A stretch of 64,000 bases of DNA from Tagaea sp. GTDB taxonomy: Bacteria > Pseudomonadota > Alphaproteobacteria > CACIAM-22H2. The stretch is from positions 800,001 through 864,000 of the forward strand of contig CBDIIB010000005.1 in the NCBI GenBank assembly GCA_965279525.1, written 5' to 3'. The notes below the pieces were generated by a model. The model worked only from the letters and a program-made list of their open reading frames with translations, ran no database searches and was not told the origin of the DNA. The position numbers and the translations under genes are program-made. Below are positions 28,089-37,574 of this stretch, in pieces; position 1 is the first letter of the stretch, and the number at the start of each line of letters is the position of its first letter.

Positions 28089-29189
28089 TCAACCGCGCAG
28101 CAGCGGCGCGTAGACCTTCTCCCAGTGGGCGGCGGCCACTGCCGACCAGTCGTAGGCTGCGACGTCGGCGCGGGCGGCGGCGGTCCAGGCGCGCGCACGC
28201 GCAGGATCGGCGAGCACGCCGGCGGCCTGTGCGACGAACGTCCCGACGTCGCCGACGGGCACGAGTGCGCCGTTGATGCCGTCGCGGATCATGTCGGATG
28301 CCATGCCGCAATCGGCCGCGATGATCGGCACGCCGGCGGCGAAACTCTCAGGAATCGCCTTGGGCCCGCCTTCCTCGCGTGACGTCATCAGGTAGAGGTC
28401 GAGGGCCGCGTACGGGTCGGTGATTTTTAGATAGTCGTCGAGGAAGACGTGGCGGAACGGAACGCCGGCTGCCGCGAGCCCGGCCTTCACGTAGCCGCGC
28501 GCCGGACCGGTCAGCAGCGCCATCACCGGCAGGCCGCGCGCGCGCAACGCCGCCAGCGCTGCGACGAAGATGTCTGGCCCCTTGATGAGCTTGGGTTCGT
28601 TCCCGTCGCCCCAGCCCACCCCGTCCTTCTGGAACGAGCCGACTGCGACCGCGTCTTCCGGAATGCCGAAGCTCGCGCGCGCCGCCGCCCGGCGGGCCGC
28701 GTCGGCAGGCACGAAATGGTGCGTATCGACTCCGATCGGGATCCGCACGACGCGTTCTCTCGGAACACCCCACTCGACGAGACGCCGCTCCATCAGCGAC
28801 GCCGCCGTCACGACGCACGCGACCCGGTCCAGGCGCGCGAGGAACGCCTTGACGTCGCGCGCCGCGTCGGGGCCGTCGTCCGGCTTGCCGTGGAAGTAGG
28901 TTACCACGTAGGAGGCTCCGGCGGGCAGATGGGCGCTCCACGCATTCCACAGGAAGTGGGAACCGAAATGCACGACCGGCCCCGCCTTGCGCCACGGGCT
29001 TTCCGAGATGCACGCCGTGCCGGGCCGCACCGCCTCGATCCCGCGCGTGATGTAGTGACCGTCCCAGCGGATTGACCAGTCGTTGCGCTCGACGACGAAC
29101 GTCACTGGACAGGACGGCAGCCGCAGACCCGGTAGGCGCCCGGCCTGCGCCAGCAGCGTACGCGCGACTTCGCGAATCCGCGCCTTCAT
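28089..29189 (-). CDS. GT4 glycosyltransferase
   Basis: IPIGVD, GSFQKDG, KGPD, EEGGPKAIPE. Confidence 0.85.
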   Translation of the reverse strand: MKARIREVARTLLAQAGRLPGLRLPSCPVTFVVERNDWSIRWDGHYITRGIEAVRPGTACISESPWRKAGPVVHFGSHFLWNAWSAHLPAGASYVVTYFHGKPDDGPDAARDVKAFLARLDRVACVVTAASLMERRLVEWGVPRERVVRIPIGVDTHHFVPADAARRAAARASFGIPEDAVAVGSFQKDGVGWGDGNEPKLIKGPDIFVAALAALRARGLPVMALLTGPARGYVKAGLAAAGVPFRHVFLDDYLKITDPYAALDLYLMTSREEGGPKAIPESFAAGVPIIAADCGMASDMIRDGINGALVPVGDVGTFVAQAAGVLADPARARAWTAAARADVAAYDWSAVAAAHWEKVYAPLLRG

Positions 29190-30214
29190 GCCGCCACTTG
29201 CGCGCGCAGGAAGGCCGCGGGCGAACGCCACAGACGGCGTGTCGCAACAATCTCGCGGCGGTTCGCCAGGATCTCATCGAAGGCGGCGAGCCAGTCCGCG
29301 CACATCCGCTGTGCGGTCCACGGATAGGCGGGCATCTTCGTGCGTGCATCCGCATAGCGTGCGACGAGCCGTCCGAAAGCCGCCGCGAAATCCGCCGGGC
29401 CGTCGAATGCCTCGCCGAAGCCGCCGCAGTATTCCGGCATGCAGCCACTGTTGCGGTAGAGGAGCGGCAGGCCGCAGCACGCCCCTTCGTTCTGGTGGTT
29501 GCCCCCCGGCTCGAACTGCGAGGCGGTGACGTATGCGTGGTGCCGTCGCAGTTCATCGGCGAGCGCCTTGCCGGACAGCGGCGGCACATAGGATGCGTTG
29601 CGAAAACGGAAACCGGCCGGCAGGTTCCCGACATAGGTGAAGGCGAGCCGCGTGCGCCAATCGGGTGCATCGAGAAGTGCATCGATCGCCGAATAGACGT
29701 CGAAGCCCTTCAGCGGATTGAAACCCCAATGGTGCGTCACCAGCCGCAGCGGGCCCGTCCCGTCCCAAGGGGTCTGGCCGATGTCGTTGAAAAGCGTCTC
29801 GTCGGCACCGTTGCGCAGGACCCTGAAGGGCGTGCGCCGGTTGGCGCGCCAGACGGGCAGCTCAGTGAGCCATTCGCCGACGAAGGCTGTTACGTCGGCG
29901 CAGTAGTTCGCGCGCGCAAGCATCGCATCAACATTCCGCGTTCCCTTGCGCAGATCGCACTCGTTGATTCGGTGGATGACGATTGCGTCGGGATTGCGCA
30001 GCCAGAGATACCGAAGAATCGCGTCAGGTCCAAATGCGGAAGCGGGATTGCGTCGCCGCGGATCGGTCAGCACGATCACGTCGATGTCGCAGTCAGCAAG
30101 ATCGAAGCGAACGACATGACCAGCGCGCCCGAGCCCGTCCGCAAGCGCGCGGGCGAACATGTTACCCCCGCCCCATGGTCCGTCCATCAGGCGATGGCCG
30201 AGTGCGACTTTCAC
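29186..30214 (-). CDS. GT4-like glycosyltransferase
   Basis: GTG in GTGA overlap; PWGGGN, KGFD, EPGGNHQNEGACCGLP. Confidence 0.8.
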   Translation of the reverse strand: MKVALGHRLMDGPWGGGNMFARALADGLGRAGHVVRFDLADCDIDVIVLTDPRRRNPASAFGPDAILRYLWLRNPDAIVIHRINECDLRKGTRNVDAMLARANYCADVTAFVGEWLTELPVWRANRRTPFRVLRNGADETLFNDIGQTPWDGTGPLRLVTHHWGFNPLKGFDVYSAIDALLDAPDWRTRLAFTYVGNLPAGFRFRNASYVPPLSGKALADELRRHHAYVTASQFEPGGNHQNEGACCGLPLLYRNSGCMPEYCGGFGEAFDGPADFAAAFGRLVARYADARTKMPAYPWTAQRMCADWLAAFDEILANRREIVATRRLWRSPAAFLRAQVAA

Positions 30215-31359
30215 GAAAGCTGGCCCCGCTTTTCCCAAAGTTCCATGCCGAGCTTCGCGATCTGCACCGCACCATGCTGGATCTTGTCGAGGCCGAAATG
30301 GGTGACCGCCGTCTGGCGCGCAGCTACTCCGATTCGCTTGCACAAATCGTCGTCGCGGCGAAGGCGGCCGATCGCCTCGCCCATCGCGCCCGCGTCACCC
30401 GGCGGAACAAGAAGGCAGTTCTGCCCGTCGACCAGGAGGGAATCAGTCCAAAGGCCCTTGTTTCGGGATATGACTACCGGCTTGCCACAACTCATGGCCT
30501 GCAGGGCAACACTGTAGCCGCTGGGTTGATTGACGTCCTTCAGCGGCACAATGACTGCCCGCGCCCGATTGTAGGCACTCCTCAGTCCTTCGTCGGACAG
30601 GGCGCCGCTGCTGTAGAAATCCCCGGCACTTATCCGAATATGGGACGCACTGTCCGGGATCTGCAGTTTCCGCGAGGTGATGATCCAGATCGGATGAGCG
30701 CCGGGGGCATTCACAAGCAGGTCGTAGTCCCTGCTTGGGTCCTGCCCAACGGCGAAGAAATAGTCCTCCGGCTTCTCGCCGTCCAAAGGGCGCCAGAAGG
30801 CCGTATCAACGCCAAATGGAATTACCGATGTCTTTGCAGCATCGAGCCGGTACTTCTTAATCGTCGCAACCCGATCGGCATCTCCAAAGAAGAACGCATG
30901 ATCAAGGCGCAGCAGCGAAGCGCGGATCACGGCTCGGTTAACCGGCCGCAGCCAGGCGGGCGCGCGATGCTCGATGTCAGATAGACCGTGAAAGCCGCCG
31001 ATCAGGATGCTCGGCGACTGTCCGGCAATTCTCGAGAGCCCCATGCTCAGGGAGAAGCCGTCTGTGAAGCTGATCACCAGCTTTGCAGGCGCCCATTCCC
31101 GCAGTTTCGCCCAGGTCGATATCGGCCGAACTCCGGCGGCGGCGATCCTGACAATGGCCCGCTCCAGGAGTTCGATGATATGCCCCGCCACGCTTGCACT
31201 TCGCTCGGAGCTCGACATCATTCGTGCATTGAAGCCGGATGCCTCGATATGGTCGAAGCCGTAAAGGAACTCGCGCGGCGCTTCCTTGCCTTGCTTGAGG
31301 AGTTCCAGACGGATTCCGCGGCCTCCCTTGTTGAAAACAAGTATGTCGGCAACCTCCAT
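30211..31359 (-). CDS. GT4 glycosyltransferase (start uncertain; ORF open to 31461)
   Basis: PFGVDTAFW, PSGYSVALQAMSCGKPVV. Confidence 0.82.
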   Translation of the reverse strand: MEVADILVFNKGGRGIRLELLKQGKEAPREFLYGFDHIEASGFNARMMSSSERSASVAGHIIELLERAIVRIAAAGVRPISTWAKLREWAPAKLVISFTDGFSLSMGLSRIAGQSPSILIGGFHGLSDIEHRAPAWLRPVNRAVIRASLLRLDHAFFFGDADRVATIKKYRLDAAKTSVIPFGVDTAFWRPLDGEKPEDYFFAVGQDPSRDYDLLVNAPGAHPIWIITSRKLQIPDSASHIRISAGDFYSSGALSDEGLRSAYNRARAVIVPLKDVNQPSGYSVALQAMSCGKPVVISRNKGLWTDSLLVDGQNCLLVPPGDAGAMGEAIGRLRRDDDLCKRIGVAARQTAVTHFGLDKIQHGAVQIAKLGMELWEKRGQLS

Positions 31360-31554
31360 GTCGTGTACCAGTTCACCGCTCAACACCAGTCCTCCACCAT
31401 TCTGAATGCCCTGTCGATTGGCCTTGCTATCGGCGCTTGACAGAAACCACGCTTCATCCACCAGCAGGCTCTACGCTCACGTTGCAAATGCGTTGATCCA
31501 AGATTGGCGATGATCCAAACTTGCCGACGTGTCCCTTACAACATCTGGCTCGCA

Positions 31555-32343
31555 ATGACTCGCATGCTCGTTCTTGGGTTCGTTCTCGTCGCTGCAGGTA
31601 TCGTCGCGGTGAGCGCGAGCGGTGCGCGACCGGCATTTAAAGACTGCGAAGAGTGCCCGGAAATGGTCGCGATTCCGGCCGGCAGGTTCCTGATGGGAAC
31701 CAAGCCGGATACATGGTGGTCGAAAAGCCTTCAGCCAACTGCCAATGAACGTCCCCAGCACCTCGTCGAGATCAGGTCATTTGCGCTTGGGACCCATGAG
31801 GTCACCCAATTGCAGTGGCGCACATTCATGGGAAACAATCCCAGCATGAATGTCGGCGATCTGCTTCCCGTCGATCACGTTACCTGGGAAGACGCTCAGG
31901 ACTTCGTGCGACGGCTTAGCGCCAGAACAGGAAAGTCCTATCGACTGCCAACCGAGGCGGAGTGGGAATTCGCCGCACGCGCAGGCTCAATCGAGGAGTT
32001 TTCGTTCGGGAATGATCCTTCGAAGATCGATTCCTATGCCTGGACCATGCGCAACTCCCAAGAACGGTCGCATCCGGTCGGCGCCAAGCTTCCCAACAAG
32101 TTCGGGCTATTTGACATGCACGGCAACGCCTGGGAGTGGGTGCAAGACTGCTGGCATGAAAACTACGAGGGCGCACCGCGAGACGGCGGCGCCGCAGCAG
32201 AATTCCCGGGATGTCTCCGGGCCTTTCGCAGTGGCTCCTGGGCAAGCAATCCGCCGGGAAATCGATCCGCTCGCCGCGAGCGTGGCGAACCCACGCTCGC
32301 GCGTGAGTGGCTTGGATTGCGCGTCGCGAGATCCCTGCCATAG
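31555..32343 (+). CDS. Secreted FGE-sulfatase (SUMF1/EgtB/PvdO) domain protein
   Basis: Signal peptide; CPEMV, RLPTEAEWEFAARAG, PNKFGLFDMHGNAWEW, GLRVAR. Confidence 0.88.
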   Translation: MTRMLVLGFVLVAAGIVAVSASGARPAFKDCEECPEMVAIPAGRFLMGTKPDTWWSKSLQPTANERPQHLVEIRSFALGTHEVTQLQWRTFMGNNPSMNVGDLLPVDHVTWEDAQDFVRRLSARTGKSYRLPTEAEWEFAARAGSIEEFSFGNDPSKIDSYAWTMRNSQERSHPVGAKLPNKFGLFDMHGNAWEWVQDCWHENYEGAPRDGGAAAEFPGCLRAFRSGSWASNPPGNRSARRERGEPTLAREWLGLRVARSLP

Positions 32344-32403
32344 ATTCGTGCGCAGAACTGCCGTCATGCGATGGCGGCAAGAGCGGCGGAACGGGCCGCC
32401 CGC

Positions 32404-33117
32404 CTAGATTAGCTCCATTACAGTATGCTTCATCGACGGATCCGTTGAAATTCGCCAGCGGCGCCTGAGGTTTGCGCGCAGGAACTCGACATTGTTTGCA
32501 CGCCCGTCCACGATCAGCAAACATCCGGGATTGAGCGATGTTTCGTACAGCAATATGTCCGCCGCAATTATGCTGCGATTGGCGCCATCTTCCGTCGGAA
32601 ATTTAAGGCCGTGAAATTCACCTTCGACCGTTTTGGGGTCCGGCCCATCCAGATAGATCAGGTCGGGGACAATGTTCGGAAGACGCTCGAACAGCGACAC
32701 GATCTGACCACCGAGAAAGTGCAGTTGCGCGCGCGAGAACCTCAAGTCGGCATATTTCTCGAGGTTGCTGCCGATTTTCGAACGCGTGTTCTCAATCCAG
32801 TGCTCGCTGGTGTCGATCGAGTGAATGCGTCCGGAGCCGTTGCGCGCGATCGCATCTGCCATAATGACCGTCGAGAACCCGCAGCCGAACTCAAGGACCG
32901 TGAGAGGGCGGCGCTTCCTGATCGCCCGGTGAAGGAAGGCGAGATCCCAGATATCGGCCCTGATCTCGCTGCCGTCGCGTGAGACCAGCAACTTATGAAG
33001 ATCGTTCTCGGAAAAATACGCCTCTGCATTCCGTACCCGCCTCGAGCGGAACTTCGACAGGACCGCCCGGCGGGGTGTACGAACAAGAGTCCGAATTTTA
33101 CGGATTAGGGTTCTCAT
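32404..33117 (-). CDS. SAM-dependent methyltransferase (Methyltransf_24-like)
   Basis: VLEFGCGFST, IYLDGP, LIVDGR. Confidence 0.8.
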   Translation of the reverse strand: MRTLIRKIRTLVRTPRRAVLSKFRSRRVRNAEAYFSENDLHKLLVSRDGSEIRADIWDLAFLHRAIRKRRPLTVLEFGCGFSTVIMADAIARNGSGRIHSIDTSEHWIENTRSKIGSNLEKYADLRFSRAQLHFLGGQIVSLFERLPNIVPDLIYLDGPDPKTVEGEFHGLKFPTEDGANRSIIAADILLYETSLNPGCLLIVDGRANNVEFLRANLRRRWRISTDPSMKHTVMELI

Positions 33118-33235
33118 TTTCTTCTCGCGACGTTTTATGCGTGCAATGGGGCGGCAGCTGGCTGCCCCGCGGGGAACGAATATCTCTCAACGCATTCCGG
33201 TCGATGTCCGTCGAGATAGCGTCTGGCTCAACACG

Positions 33236-34159
33236 TCACGCCATCTGGAGGCGCAGTAGCTTGCGAGAGATCCGGCGCGCGTGTGACAGCATGCGCTTCA
33301 CGGGCGGGAGCTGATCGGGAAGATTCTTAAAGACGAAACCAGCATCTACAAAATGGTAGCGCGCGATATAGCGCTCGCCGGAAGCGATTTTCCCACCACC
33401 GTGGATGCCGGCCGTGTCGAAAATGACGACCGTTCCAGGCCCGCCCGCCACGACATACTCGTACGACTTTTCCGGGTTCCGCTCTAGGCCCTGCAGCAGC
33501 TGGAACGTTTCATGAGCCTGCGGATCTGCAATCAGGTCCGGATTTTCCTCGATGGTCTTGAGAAGGTCGCCCAGATGGTTCTCCTCGACCATCTTCGTAC
33601 CGGGCTTGTACATCTTTGGCAATGCCGCACGCGCTAGGAGATGCGTGCGCGGGACGTAGCGAAACGCGCCGTTCTCGCGGCTGCCCGCGTTCAGGTACAC
33701 GTAGACCTTCATGCACAAATTACCCTGAAACACGTCGAAGTGCAGCTTGAAGAGCTCATCGGCACTTGGCGCCTTGGAATAGTTGTAGATGAAGCTCGAC
33801 ATGCCCCACCCTCGTCCAAGGTAGCCGTCGGCGGTTTCCCGCACGACCGGCAGGGATTTGATCCGCTCGACACTCGGTACGCGATCCCAGCCGGCATTGC
33901 GGGTCAACCTAACCGGAATGAGATTGAGCAGAAACGAACCGTCGGCGCCGGGATCTTCGTGCCGTCGTACGAACGGCGGCATATCGGCCAGCAGGCTGCG
34001 CCCTTCGGCCGCAATCGCCTCGATCTCGCCGCTGGGCAGGAACTCCGGCAGGACGCAGATGCCTTCGCGACGGACGGCTTCCAGCACCTTGCCTGCATCG
34101 AATGCCGTGCTTTTGTTCATCTCGGAATCCGCCTTATATCGATCTGGTGCGTGCGACAT
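33236..34159 (-). CDS. PhyH-family Fe(II)/2-oxoglutarate dioxygenase
   Basis: LHFD, KVYVYL, NGAFRYVPRTH, GTVVIFDTAGIHGG. Confidence 0.8.
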   Translation of the reverse strand: MSHAPDRYKADSEMNKSTAFDAGKVLEAVRREGICVLPEFLPSGEIEAIAAEGRSLLADMPPFVRRHEDPGADGSFLLNLIPVRLTRNAGWDRVPSVERIKSLPVVRETADGYLGRGWGMSSFIYNYSKAPSADELFKLHFDVFQGNLCMKVYVYLNAGSRENGAFRYVPRTHLLARAALPKMYKPGTKMVEENHLGDLLKTIEENPDLIADPQAHETFQLLQGLERNPEKSYEYVVAGGPGTVVIFDTAGIHGGGKIASGERYIARYHFVDAGFVFKNLPDQLPPVKRMLSHARRISRKLLRLQMA

Positions 34160-34185
34160 GCTCCCGGCGAACCGCCTGCGCTGGC

Positions 34186-34980
34186 TTAGAGGGAATCATG
34201 GGCAGGCGGCATGCCGGCCGTCTTTTGCGCAACGACGTGATGCGCTGTCTGCTTGCCACCACGGGAATTGACGAACTCGCGCGCGCTGGAGAAGCAAATC
34301 GTGAAGCCGGCTGCTTCAAGGCTCGATCGCATAGATTTTCCGGAGACGCGCATCGTCGCGAGATCGTCGCTTTCCGGGAAGTAGCTGTGGGTAAAGGCAA
34401 GTCGCCCGCCCGGCCGCATCACGCGCGCAATCCCGCGAAAGCAGCCGTCCAGGTCCTTGGCATAGGTCAGCGTGTTGGAGGACAGAACCGAATCGAAGTT
34501 GTTCTCGCCAAAAGTCATCGCCTCCATGTTCATGATCTCGATCTTCGGATTCGTCGAGTAGAGATCGATGGCGGATATGTTGCGCCATGCAAATCCGTAC
34601 AGCCAGCAAAGATAGAGTTCCTGGACAGTCCGCGGTCCGATGACCAGCAGCTTCTCGGAGGCAAGATCGCGCAAAGGAAGAACGAGCGCAGGTAGCAAAT
34701 TCTCTGCAGCGCGCCCTGTCGTAATCATTCGCGAGAGCGTTTGGCTAAGATTGTAGTCGTGCCACTGGACATAGTAGTCATCTGCCGGTGCGCCAGCCGA
34801 TGATGATTGACGCTTCGCCAGTTCCCGCAGCCGCCCGAAGTCGACAATCTGCATCAGTGTCGCCACCGGCTCAAACAGACGCGGATGCCGCAGCAGGCTG
34901 CGCAGTGGCATCATCGGTGCACGCGCCGGTTCGGGCGCGAATAGTGCCTTTCGCAGGAATGCAATCGTGTCCTTAAGCAT
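34186..34980 (-). CDS. SAM-dependent methyltransferase-like protein
   Basis: LVIGPR, AIDL, FDSVL, RVMRPGG. Confidence 0.72.
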   Translation of the reverse strand: MLKDTIAFLRKALFAPEPARAPMMPLRSLLRHPRLFEPVATLMQIVDFGRLRELAKRQSSSAGAPADDYYVQWHDYNLSQTLSRMITTGRAAENLLPALVLPLRDLASEKLLVIGPRTVQELYLCWLYGFAWRNISAIDLYSTNPKIEIMNMEAMTFGENNFDSVLSSNTLTYAKDLDGCFRGIARVMRPGGRLAFTHSYFPESDDLATMRVSGKSMRSSLEAAGFTICFSSAREFVNSRGGKQTAHHVVAQKTAGMPPAHDSL

Positions 34981-35123
34981 CGATCTACCTATCTTCAGGC
35001 CATGGTTGTTTCGGGCCGAACGCCGTCGAGCACTGCCGTCAATTCCGATCAAGGGAGCGGCGGCAGCAATATGCGATACGCCCCGATACTGGACCCACGA
35101 GATTCATCATCGGCAATGCGGTG

Positions 35124-36269
35124 TTACTCGTAAGCTAGGCGCTTGTTCAGTTCGAGCGGCACTTGCGCCAAGACTTCTGCGATCTTCTGGCCGGCACGGC
35201 CGTTGCCGTAAATATGCGCCGTGCGATAGGGGCCGTGTGCCAGTTGACGGCGGATCGCCGCCGAGATCGCACCGCTTGCCGGCGGTACGTCGATGACATT
35301 GGCCCCGCGCTCGCGGCCTTCCTGGCGCGTCCCGATGTTCACAACTGGCACGCCGAGAAACTCCGCCTCTCGCAATCCGCTTGACGAATTCCCTACAAGA
35401 CAGCGGGTGCGCCGGAGCAGTCGAGCATAGCTTTCAATCTGGAGGCTTGAGTAGAACCAGACGGACATATCGGCACGCTCGGCGACATCGTCGAGCGCGC
35501 GGCGCACGCCATCGCCACCGGCATCCATATTGGGACGGATCCAGATGGCCGGTAGCCCGATCGTGGCAAGGGCATCCGCCGTCTCGCGGATTTGGGTCCG
35601 GGCATCTGCATACTCCGTGACAACGGGATGCTGCGAGACGACGATGAAGTCACGATCGAGGTCCGGCAACGGCCGACCATCGCTAACGCCGAGTTCCGGC
35701 ACAGACGCGTAGTCGAGATCGGCGATAATGTCGAGACTGGGCGTCCCGACAACGAAGATGCGTTCGTCCGCCTCCCCCATCCGGCGCAGAATGTCGGCCG
35801 CGCCGGGCGTCGCCGGAAAATGCACGTGCGCGAGCTTCGTAATCGCGTGCCGTAGACGCTCATCGATCGAGCCCGATACTTCACCGCCTTCGAGATGGGC
35901 GATCGGGACGTTCATGCAGGTTGCCGCAAACGCCAGCGAGAGCGCCTCGTAGCGGTCGGCGATGATCAGGGCCACGTCGGCCCGCAGATATCCAAGCGCC
36001 TGCCCGAACGTGCGGGTTGCAGCAGCGGCAGAAGCCGTCATGCTTGCAAGTGTTTCCCCGCCGTCGACGAGAAAATCGATCTCGGCGGCGATGCGGAACC
36101 CGTCGGCTTCGATCGCGGGGCGGAAATCCCCGAAGCGGCTCTGCAGGATGCCGCCCCCGACGACGAGCGCCAACTCGAGGTCGGACCGCGCCTCGATCGC
36201 CCGCATGGTCGACTTCATTTTCGCGTAGTTGCCGCGCGTCGTCAGCGCGATCGCAACTCGGCGGGTCAT
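35124..36269 (-). CDS. neuC: Hydrolysing NDP-N-acetylhexosamine 2-epimerase (NeuC/LegG)
   Basis: TTRGNY, ADRYE, HLEGGEVSGSIDE, GNSSSG, NIGTRQEGR. Confidence 0.9.
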   Translation of the reverse strand: MTRRVAIALTTRGNYAKMKSTMRAIEARSDLELALVVGGGILQSRFGDFRPAIEADGFRIAAEIDFLVDGGETLASMTASAAAATRTFGQALGYLRADVALIIADRYEALSLAFAATCMNVPIAHLEGGEVSGSIDERLRHAITKLAHVHFPATPGAADILRRMGEADERIFVVGTPSLDIIADLDYASVPELGVSDGRPLPDLDRDFIVVSQHPVVTEYADARTQIRETADALATIGLPAIWIRPNMDAGGDGVRRALDDVAERADMSVWFYSSLQIESYARLLRRTRCLVGNSSSGLREAEFLGVPVVNIGTRQEGRERGANVIDVPPASGAISAAIRRQLAHGPYRTAHIYGNGRAGQKIAEVLAQVPLELNKRLAYE

Positions 36270-36302
36270 CGTCCGGTCCAGTGCCCGCAATTCGCCAAGC
36301 CG

Positions 36303-37469
36303 CTAGCGGACCGCCGCATTGCTGTCCCACTTGATCTTCGGCATGAAGCTTTCCGCATCGACATGGCTGCAATTGGCGCGCACGGTCGCCAGCATTTCGT
36401 CGAGCGTGGCATCGGTCAGCAGATACGGCTTCAAGCCCAGATCGAGCAGGGCCGTGTGCTTGGCGTTGTAGTAGTGCTCTTCGAGTTCGACGCGCGGGTT
36501 GGCGACGGTCTCGACCGCGACGGCAAGCCCCGCGCGCTTACCCGCCGCGACCACCTTGTCGGCGATCTGGCGGACCGAGAACTGCTCTGTGAACTGGTTG
36601 AAAACGCGAAACTCGGCAGGTGCCGCCGGGTTGTCGACCGACAGCGCGACGCACGCGATCGTATCGCGGATGTTGAGGAATCCGCGCGTCTGGCCGCCCC
36701 GCCCGTAGACGGTCAGCGGCTTGCCGACGGCGGCCTGCACGAGGAAGCGGTTGAGGACGGTCCCGAACACGCTGTCGTAGTGGAACGAGGTGCGCAGCTC
36801 CGGATCGAGGCGCGTATGATCGGTGTCAGTGCCGTAGACGACGCCCTGGTTGAGATCGGTCGCACGCATCTTCCATACCCGGCAGGCGAATTCGATGTTC
36901 GCGGAATCGTGGACCTTAGACAGGTGATAGAAGCTGCCCGGCTTCTTGGGGTAGAGCACGCGGTCCTGGCGGCCGTTGTGGGTCAGTTCGAGCCAGCCTT
37001 CCTCGATGTCGATGTTCGGCGTGCCGTATTCCCCCATGGTGCCGAGCTTGACGAGATGCGCGTTCGGCGCGAATCGCTTCATCGCGAACAGCACGTTGAG
37101 CGTGCCGACGATGTTGTTGACCTGGCTGTAGACAGCCGTCGAACGCGACTGCATCGAATAGGGTGCCGATGGCTGTTCGCCGTAGTGAACGATCGCGTCG
37201 GGGCGATAGGTCTCGATCAAGCCGTAGACGAAGCGCGGCTGCGCAAGGTCGCCGACCTCCATCTTGACGGCGCGCCCCGACACCTCCTGCCAGCGGCGCA
37301 CCCGCCGATGCAGCGTCGGCACCGGCAGCAGCGGCTCGACGCCTTCTTCCATCTCCCATTGGCGCTTGGCGAAGTTGTCGACGACGACCACCTCGTCGCC
37401 ACGCGCGGAAAAGTGCATCGCTGTCGGCCAACCGAGATAGCCGTCGCCGCCGAGAATCATAACCTTCAT
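36303..37469 (-). CDS. sqdB: UDP-sulfoquinovose synthase (SqdB/SQD1/Agl3)
   Basis: GGDGYLGWPT, EQPSAPYSM, KLGTMGEYGTPNIDIEEG, PGSFYHLSKVHDS, TDLNQGVVYG. Confidence 0.92.
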   Translation of the reverse strand: MKVMILGGDGYLGWPTAMHFSARGDEVVVVDNFAKRQWEMEEGVEPLLPVPTLHRRVRRWQEVSGRAVKMEVGDLAQPRFVYGLIETYRPDAIVHYGEQPSAPYSMQSRSTAVYSQVNNIVGTLNVLFAMKRFAPNAHLVKLGTMGEYGTPNIDIEEGWLELTHNGRQDRVLYPKKPGSFYHLSKVHDSANIEFACRVWKMRATDLNQGVVYGTDTDHTRLDPELRTSFHYDSVFGTVLNRFLVQAAVGKPLTVYGRGGQTRGFLNIRDTIACVALSVDNPAAPAEFRVFNQFTEQFSVRQIADKVVAAGKRAGLAVAVETVANPRVELEEHYYNAKHTALLDLGLKPYLLTDATLDEMLATVRANCSHVDAESFMPKIKWDSNAAVR

Positions 37470-37574
37470 AGGAGTCTCCGGATCGAGTTGCAGAAGATCA
37501 GCCTGCGGCTTCTCTGCGAAGTTACTGGGTTTTTTGGGGGTGCGCGCAAGGCAGACCGGCGCGCGACGGGTCGT

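Noticed and set aside
31555-32343. FGE/CLec-fold protein as a diversity-generating retroelement target
   Set aside because: No reverse transcriptase and no template repeat of its 3' end seen in the window.
33149-33178. GC hairpin plus GTTCCCCGCG (minus strand) resembling a type I-E CRISPR repeat start
   Set aside because: Single copy, no spacers, no cas genes.
37530-37540. T6G5 tract upstream of sqdB as a phase-variation switch
   Set aside because: Runs are too short to imply slippage and the promoter position is unverified.
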